Below, piece after piece: positions 1-5,394 of a DNA stretch of 15,744 nt. The notes under the pieces are model-generated. The model did no database searches. It was given only the letters and a program-made list of their open reading frames with translations, and was not told the origin of the DNA. The stretch's first letter is position 1. Every line of letters begins with the position of its first letter. Source of the stretch: Candidatus Hadarchaeota archaeon (GTDB taxonomy: Archaea > CAYQAE01 > CAYVLA01); assembly GCA_964452145.1 (NCBI GenBank), contig CAYVLA010000044.1, positions 1 to 15,744 on the forward strand, in the 5' to 3' direction. The position numbers and the translations under genes were made by a program.

Positions 1-179
1 GGTACACGCTTGGCGGAAATGCGCCGATCAGCAGGATATGGCCCCAGCTGGGACCGCTCCTGCTTCTCACCGCCATCTTGTTGGTTGTCGGATACAGAGC
101 TTTCGAGTTCGGCTTCTGGAAGGCACGAGATGAGGGAACGCTCGGGCACGGGATGTCGGGCTGGGTCAGACCGCCGTGA
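1..179 (+). CDS. C-terminal end of an ABC-2 type transporter permease (5'-partial)
   Basis: Frame from nt 3 reads YTLGGNAPISRIWPQLGPLLLLTAILLVVGYRAFEFGFWKARDEGTLGHGMSGWVRPP* (TGA 177-179). A TM helix followed by an 'AR..GTLG' tail is typical of ABC-2 permease C-termini. Not in the ORF track because the start lies outside the window. Confidence 0.7.
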   Translation, partial: YTLGGNAPISRIWPQLGPLLLLTAILLVVGYRAFEFGFWKARDEGTLGHGMSGWVRPP

Positions 180-327
180 ACAGGGATACCTACGCCTCAG
201 AGGGATACGTTTGAAGGTGCGTCCCGGTCAAGCGTTATCCCCGGGAACGCGAGTCGGCGTACCATGGAAGCTGGATAAGACTCCTTGCTCGTGTTCCTGG
301 CTCAACGCAGAGGCCGGGCTTTCGCGG

Positions 328-1236
328 TCAGATCGCCTGAAGTGAGGCCCGGGACTCGGAAGCGTGTCTTACGGCGTGCTCGTCCCATCCCCCGAAGCAA
401 TCGGCCGCCAGTCTCAAGTGCCCAATGCGGTGCGGGTCAATGCCTATCTGAGACGAGACAACGGCATCCAGATCGATTGTGTTCGTACAGGCCCAAGCCA
501 TACCCGGGTCTTTGTAGATCTTCGGAGTCAGGGTCATGCCTTCCGTCGCGGTGAAGACGGCTTCCACGATGCCCTTCACGGCGAAGAGCGAGCGGTAGAT
601 CTTGTTCACGTCAAGTATGCTCCGATCCATGAGGCTATCACATCTTCCGTGGTATGCTCCCCTGGATGGACCCGGGATCATGCCGAAGAGGTTCTTGACG
701 GACAGGGAGATCACGATAGGCTCTTCCATGATCTTGACCTTGGCAAGGCTGAGCAGACTCCCTCCTCGCAGATCAGAGAGTCTGCGGGGGACCTGTGAAT
801 ACATCTCCCCCTTTCCGACCGGCTCGTAGCGGTCCTCCACGGCTTGCTGAATGACCGATGCCTGCGCAGTTCTTCCCGCCCACACTTCCTCGGTGATATT
901 CACATACTCCGCATCGTATTTGTGCAGGACCCGCCTCATCCCCGAGTACTCGAGGAACCAACGATCGTTCCGTCTCAGCTCCTCCCTCCGGAACGAGCCT
1001 CCGTGCCCCTTGACGATGGCATCCTCGCTTCTGGCATATCCGTAGCTTTCAACCACAAGTGCTTCCCCGCCAACGGCTGAGAGTACCCAGTCAAGTACCC
1101 TGGCCTCGGTGAAAGCGACTGAAGAGCCCCAGTTCGGCTTGATGACCAAGGGAGGTTTGAGATCGAGCGCCTTCACCATTCCCACGAAGTCCTCCCTTGT
1201 TGCGTGATTCAGGAAGGTTACCTGGCCGAATTCCAT
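328..1236 (-). CDS. DUF362 domain-containing protein
   Basis: Motifs VIKPNW, VVES, SLAKVK and SLSVKNLFGMIP...H plus a C-terminal D.V..S..G..P match the DUF362 pattern. Start taken as ATG 1236; GTG 1263 is the alternative. Confidence 0.8.
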   Translation of the reverse strand: MEFGQVTFLNHATREDFVGMVKALDLKPPLVIKPNWGSSVAFTEARVLDWVLSAVGGEALVVESYGYARSEDAIVKGHGGSFRREELRRNDRWFLEYSGMRRVLHKYDAEYVNITEEVWAGRTAQASVIQQAVEDRYEPVGKGEMYSQVPRRLSDLRGGSLLSLAKVKIMEEPIVISLSVKNLFGMIPGPSRGAYHGRCDSLMDRSILDVNKIYRSLFAVKGIVEAVFTATEGMTLTPKIYKDPGMAWACTNTIDLDAVVSSQIGIDPHRIGHLRLAADCFGGWDEHAVRHASESRASLQAI

Positions 1237-1396
1237 GACCGTATGCCCTGGCAATGTTGACACTCAACTCCCAAATGTGTTTCCCGCGGCGGGACTCAAG
1301 GCGTATGGTGCGGCCTTGTTACAACGCTCAGCGAAAGGTCGGCATCCCTTGGGTTCTGAGTCACCCCGACATTGGACTGCTATCAATCAAGACGAC

Positions 1397-1978
1397 ATGT
1401 ACCCCGCGCGCTACCCACCCAAGGCACTTCGCCTTGTCGAAGAGATCAGGGCCTCGGTGGAGATACCCATCCTGTTCATGACCTACTACAACCCGGTCCT
1501 GCAGTACGGACCGGAGCGCTTCGTCTCGGAATGCCGAGCCAGCGGGATCGACGGCCTGCTGGTGCCCGACCTGCCGATCGAGGAATCCCAGGAACTTCGC
1601 CTGCTTGCCAAGAGCTCCGGGATGAACCTCATCTACTTGCTCTCTCCAAACTTACCGCCGAGCAGGATCAGGGCAACGGCCACCGTTGCGAACGGCTTCG
1701 TATACCTTTTCTCCTCATTGGGCGTGACAGGGGAAAGGGACGGACTGGGTCCCAGCATCCGAGAATCCGTGGAGCGAATCAGGGAGATGGTCACTGCCCC
1801 GATATGCGTGGGGTTCGGCATCTCATGCCCCGATCAGGTTCTCTCTCTGAAAAGCCTGGGCATAGACGGGATAGTCGTGGGCAGTGGGATCGTCCTCAGA
1901 CAGGGCGAGGGGCTGGGTTCGGTCAGATCCTTTGTGATGTCCCTGAGGCAGGCCTGTCAGAGGGGCAAGGCACAATGA
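1397..1978 (+). pseudogene. trpA: Tryptophan synthase alpha chain, 5'-truncated
   Basis: IPILFMTYYNPV, DGLLVPDLP.EE, GFVY, GVTG, VGFGIS and DGIVVGS are TrpA hallmarks. The N-terminal roughly 70 aa containing ELGIPFSDP.ADGP (catalytic Glu49/Asp60) is not present in frame. Nearest ATG is 1397. Confidence 0.85.
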
Positions 1979-2010
1979 GCCAAGATCAAGGACGATCAGC
2001 GGACGCACCT

Positions 2011-2415
2011 TTGTTACTCAACGCCAAGCATCCACACGCTTCAGGCCACCTTCCATTCCAACGACCCGGGCATCTCTCAAGCCCAAGCAGGGCTCTGGAG
2101 CCATCCTTGTGATGCCCGAGCCCATGGAAGGCCGTTGGTGACGGACCACATCGTGGATGAAGTCCTGACCTAGCCAAACGCGACGCACGAACTCGCAGCC
2201 CAGACCGCCGACTGGTGCCTCTCCGGGGGACCCGTCGAGACCGAGAAAGGTGGACTGTGCGGTGTTCAGGGAGGCCAGGGACCTGTTCAAGAAGTGCAAC
2301 TATCTGTCCTTCACCAACGCCACAACCGCGGCCGTCGCATCGACCGAAGGCATCATTGATATGGCGAGCCTTGACCGAGACTTCGTCAGAGTCGGGCTCA
2401 GTATTCTGCGACTAA
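2011..2415 (+). pseudogene. VapC/PIN-domain toxin pseudogene
   Basis: Pieces in changing frames: LLLNA (2011), FHSNDP, HGRPLVTDHIVDEVLT* (TAG 2171-2173), THELAAQTADWCLS...ETEK, a frameshift at about 2246-2249, then VDCAVFREARDLFKKCNYLSFTNATTAAVA...MASLDRDFVRVG. These are the PIN motifs in the correct order. Confidence 0.75.
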
Positions 2416-2571
2416 GGAAACAAAGGAGCCCTCGGGCACCGACGCGGACATCATAGGGTTCGCGGACTGGCTGATCCACGACCACAATCTCAAGCGCATG
2501 GGATGATCGTGCTGGAGATGTTCCCGAAGGAGGAATCGGACGATCTCTCGGGAACCGAACGGGCGGTCGAT

Positions 2572-3045
2572 CTAGCGTTCAGGAGTCCTCTGAGCTGGAG
2601 GATGCCTGCCCTGGCATCCGTCAATGACGCGGATCATATCCAGAGGTCTGAGGATTCTGCATCCAAGGAAGCTCCCCAGCTCAAGCAATTCCTTGTCGCC
2701 AGTTGGGATGTACTGGCATCTACCCGCCGCTGAACATGCCAGGACCTTGAGGTCACCGGGATCCAGCTTCCTTGGTAGGGAAGGTTTGATGTCCCGAATG
2801 ACCTGCCGAATCCTGGCATCGTCGATGTGCTCCGAGAGTGCTTTGACGATCTTGAGGACAAGATCGATCCTGTCTCGTTTGAGACCGAACTTCGGCCGTT
2901 CCAGAACCCTCCTGAGTTCGGCGATCATCTCGTTCGATGTCACGTTGGTGAACTGGCCCGCTATGAATCGGTATACCAGCTCGCTTTCATTGCCCCGGTG
3001 CAGCACCCCGGAAACGATCACGTTCGTGTCCAGGAGGACCCGCAG
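2572..3045 (-). CDS. PIN-family putative toxin (PIN_3/TIGR00305-like)
   Basis: Reads LRVLLDTNVIVSG...ELRRVLERPKF...DPGDLKVLACS...TGDKELL. The catalytic DTN motif lies upstream of the tracked GTG (3021), so I extend the start to CTG 3045. Confidence 0.85.
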   Translation of the reverse strand: MRVLLDTNVIVSGVLHRGNESELVYRFIAGQFTNVTSNEMIAELRRVLERPKFGLKRDRIDLVLKIVKALSEHIDDARIRQVIRDIKPSLPRKLDPGDLKVLACSAAGRCQYIPTGDKELLELGSFLGCRILRPLDMIRVIDGCQGRHPPAQRTPER

Positions 3046-3053
3046 GGGAAAGG

Positions 3054-3308
3054 CTAGGCCTCCTTCCCGTGTCGGACTCCTCTGGACTCCTTGAGGACGT
3101 CCTCTTCGCTGAATCCCCGGATCTCGTTTTCCTCAAGGATCCTATCAAGCCTTCGGCGAAGGTCCTCCCTGTTGATCTTTGTCAGCAGAATGGCGTCGTC
3201 AACCGCGGTGACAAGGAACTCGTCGCCTGGCTTCAGTTTCACCTTCTTTCGAACCTGCTCCGGGATGACGATCTGCCCCTTGGTCGATAGCTTGCATACG
3301 CTGCCCAA
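3054..3308 (-). CDS. AbrB/MazE/SpoVT-family DNA-binding protein (antitoxin)
   Basis: KLSTKGQIVIPEQVRKKVKLKPGDEF is the canonical AbrB motif. It lies directly upstream of and co-oriented with the PIN gene. Likely start is TTG 3308. Confidence 0.9.
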   Translation of the reverse strand: MGSVCKLSTKGQIVIPEQVRKKVKLKPGDEFLVTAVDDAILLTKINREDLRRRLDRILEENEIRGFSEEDVLKESRGVRHGKEA

Positions 3309-3316
3309 GAGTATCA

Positions 3317-3332
3317 GTAAGACACAGCTTAC
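3317..3332. promoter_or_regulatory. Inverted repeat GTAAG-N6-CTTAC, candidate autoregulatory operator of the TA operon
   Basis: gtaag acacag cttac ends 9 nt upstream of the AbrB TTG start. Antitoxins typically bind palindromes overlapping their own promoter. Confidence 0.5.
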
Positions 3333-3456
3333 CGGGCTGAAAAATGTTAGTCGTGTTCTATGATTGGCCAAATCTGTGTTGATTGGCTGACGATGTTGAT
3401 CATGGGTCCTCTGCCCGGCGCCAAGGCCCTCGTGGAAGAAGAGGCCTGCGAGCAGC

Positions 3457-4673
3457 CTACGTTTCCCGTAGCGCCGGAAAAAGCGCGGCTACGTGAAACA
3501 TCAGAGCGTAGCATGCATTGATCCACAACCCGACGGATTTTCGGACGAGGCTGCTCACGTTCACCCCCAGCTCGTCGAGCCTGTTCTTGGGTTGCCCGGG
3601 CCTCCCCACAAGCTTTTCGGGAAGAACATCAGGACCTCTCCGGCTGGTGACCAAGACCGGGGTCCTTATCATGAACTTCCCCGCCCTGATCGCCTTGATC
3701 TCCGACCTGATCCTCCCTACGACAAGGTCCAGTACCGTGGGCTCTTCTGCCGTCGGCAGCACAAGGGTCGCACGTCCCGACATACGAAGACAGTTCCCCT
3801 CGCCAAAGATCGAGCTTTCCAGCCAAATCATGGTAAGAGGTGTATCACCACCCCGGATGCTGTCGCCAGCACCCAGGTATATCTCCTCGGAAGCCCCATC
3901 CACCTCTATCCAATCCTCAGAACCAGCCTTCCTGACGTAGTAACCGCTTCCGTAAACGTCGACAATCCTTTCCCCCTCTGGCGGGTTGGTCCATTTCGGG
4001 GTTGTGAGGGTGAGGCTGCCTGAGGCCTGGTACGTCTCCACGATGCCGTCGCTTTGAGATCCATAGGTCTTCGAGATTCTTAGAGTGTCTCCCTCCCTCT
4101 CAATTGACACGAAGTTGTCTGATAGACCTTGTCCGAAGGGATAGGAAAGTGGCAGGTCTATTTCCACCCGACGACAGTCTTCAACGAAGGATCCGTCCTC
4201 TGGACGGAGGTGGCAGTAAGAGTCGGTTTCGTGGTACATGACTTGCTGGTCTGGCCCGAGGACGAGCCTCTTCTCTGCGCTTATGTGGCCGGGAACCCCC
4301 ACACCAAATCCCATGGGACTAATTGCGCGACCCTCGATCCTGATCAAAGGGTCGGTGGTCGTCCATGAGACCTCGTGATATTCTATTCTATATTGGCTCT
4401 GCCGACAAAGCTCGATCCATCGAACGTGAGGACCAGGCGCGTTGTGAACTCCTCTGCTGTGGTGTCGCTCAGTTCGATCGTGGCGCCTTTCCATACAATG
4501 GGACCCGCTTTGTAGGTAAGCGTATGCCTTCCACTGAAAGACCCAACCCACGTGCCGGTGTAGTCCTCTGGCTCAGCAGCAACGAAAGACATCAGACTGC
4601 ACAGAGACCCCGGCACCCCACCCATCGCCGCCAGTGCAAGCAGAGTCATTCCAACGAGAAGACTTCTCTTCAT
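3457..4673 (-). pseudogene. Secreted protein with FecR-like domain, frameshifted by a 5-bp duplication
   Basis: ATG 4673 with GGAGGTG upstream and signal peptide MKRSLLVGMTLLALAAMGG. The TTCTA duplication (4381-4390) joins tracked ORFs 4383..4784 and 3457..4551; removing it gives ...GRANIEYHEVSW... and a 403-aa frame. The downstream part GDSIRGG...LDLVVGRI...FMIRTP...RRG resembles FecR domains. Confidence 0.75.
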
Positions 4674-4693
4674 CTCATGCACCTCCGACCCAA

Positions 4694-5060
4694 AAACTGG
4701 GCTTCGCCGGGGTCCCGCCGGCTCTCGGGGAGGTTTCCCGGGTGGCCAGGCCACATGGTCGTCTTGCGAGGGTTGGGCAACCAATGGGCGGAGGCTCAGC
4801 CTGGGTTCGACTCCTTTCTGTCAAGGCCAGCAGTCCCCTGATCGTGCAAGACCGCGAAACGGAGTGTGTTCGTCGGGCTGATAAGGCTTTGGATGGACCT
4901 CAGCCCTCAGCCTCAGCTCCGGGGGTGTTGATACCCGGGAGTTCGACCAAGCGTCAACGGCCGAGCTCTCTGCCACGCGATTTGGGATTCGCTTCATCAG
5001 TCGAGAGGGAGAGGGGGGACCTTAGATGCTACCAAGTAATGCTGCTCATGCATGAGCACT
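4694..5060 (+). pseudogene. Possible C-terminal remnant of a class I SAM-dependent methyltransferase (boundaries approximate)
   Basis: ALGEVSRVARPHGRL (4721-4765) resembles the 'alkEm.RVlkPGGrl' motif, and LPRDLGF..VE resembles the terminal 'l..aGF..v' element. No N-terminal GxGxG motif is present. Confidence 0.35.
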
Positions 5061-5337
5061 CCGTCATCCTAGGTTTTTCTGGAGAATTGCGCTAGCAGGG
5101 GTTGGCGACGGAACACGTAGGGAAACAGGGCCTGTTGCATAGGTGTCGGTGATGGTCTTAGTCTCGGCACCAGCGCACCACAGCAACAAGTTTGCCTGGC
5201 CGGCAACACTCTTTCGCCAGGGCGAGTCTTGACCTCCGACTGAACCCCCCCTTCCCAGGAGATATTCCACTCATCGATGCAGGCCTCGGATAGCGACGGC
5301 AGGAAGGATTGGACAGTCCGAATCCCCCGATAATGGG

Positions 5338-5345
5338 TTTTATAT
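5338..5345 (+). promoter_or_regulatory. Archaeal TATA-box-like element for the solute-binding protein gene
   Basis: TTTTATAT stands out in GC-rich DNA 50 nt upstream of TTG 5395. An SD-like GGTGA lies at 5385-5389. Confidence 0.55.
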
Positions 5346-5394
5346 TGGAGTTCCGCGTTATTTCGATCACCGTCCCGCGGGAAGGTGATGAGAG

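Noticed and set aside
10..554. Tracked plus-strand ORFs 10..345 and 285..554
   Set aside because: They are Arg/Ser/Pro-rich shadow frames overlapping the permease tail and the DUF362 gene.
1235..1396. N-terminal 54 codons of the tracked 247-aa ORF as a genuine TrpA N-terminus
   Set aside because: They show no TrpA similarity in this frame and overlap the start of the divergent DUF362 gene.
4786..4814. tRNA-like string GGGCGGAGGCTCAGCCTGG-GTTCGACTCC (D-arm-like joined to T-loop-like)
   Set aside because: There is no anticodon arm and no acceptor-stem complement, so a cloverleaf cannot be built. It also lies within the probable methyltransferase remnant.
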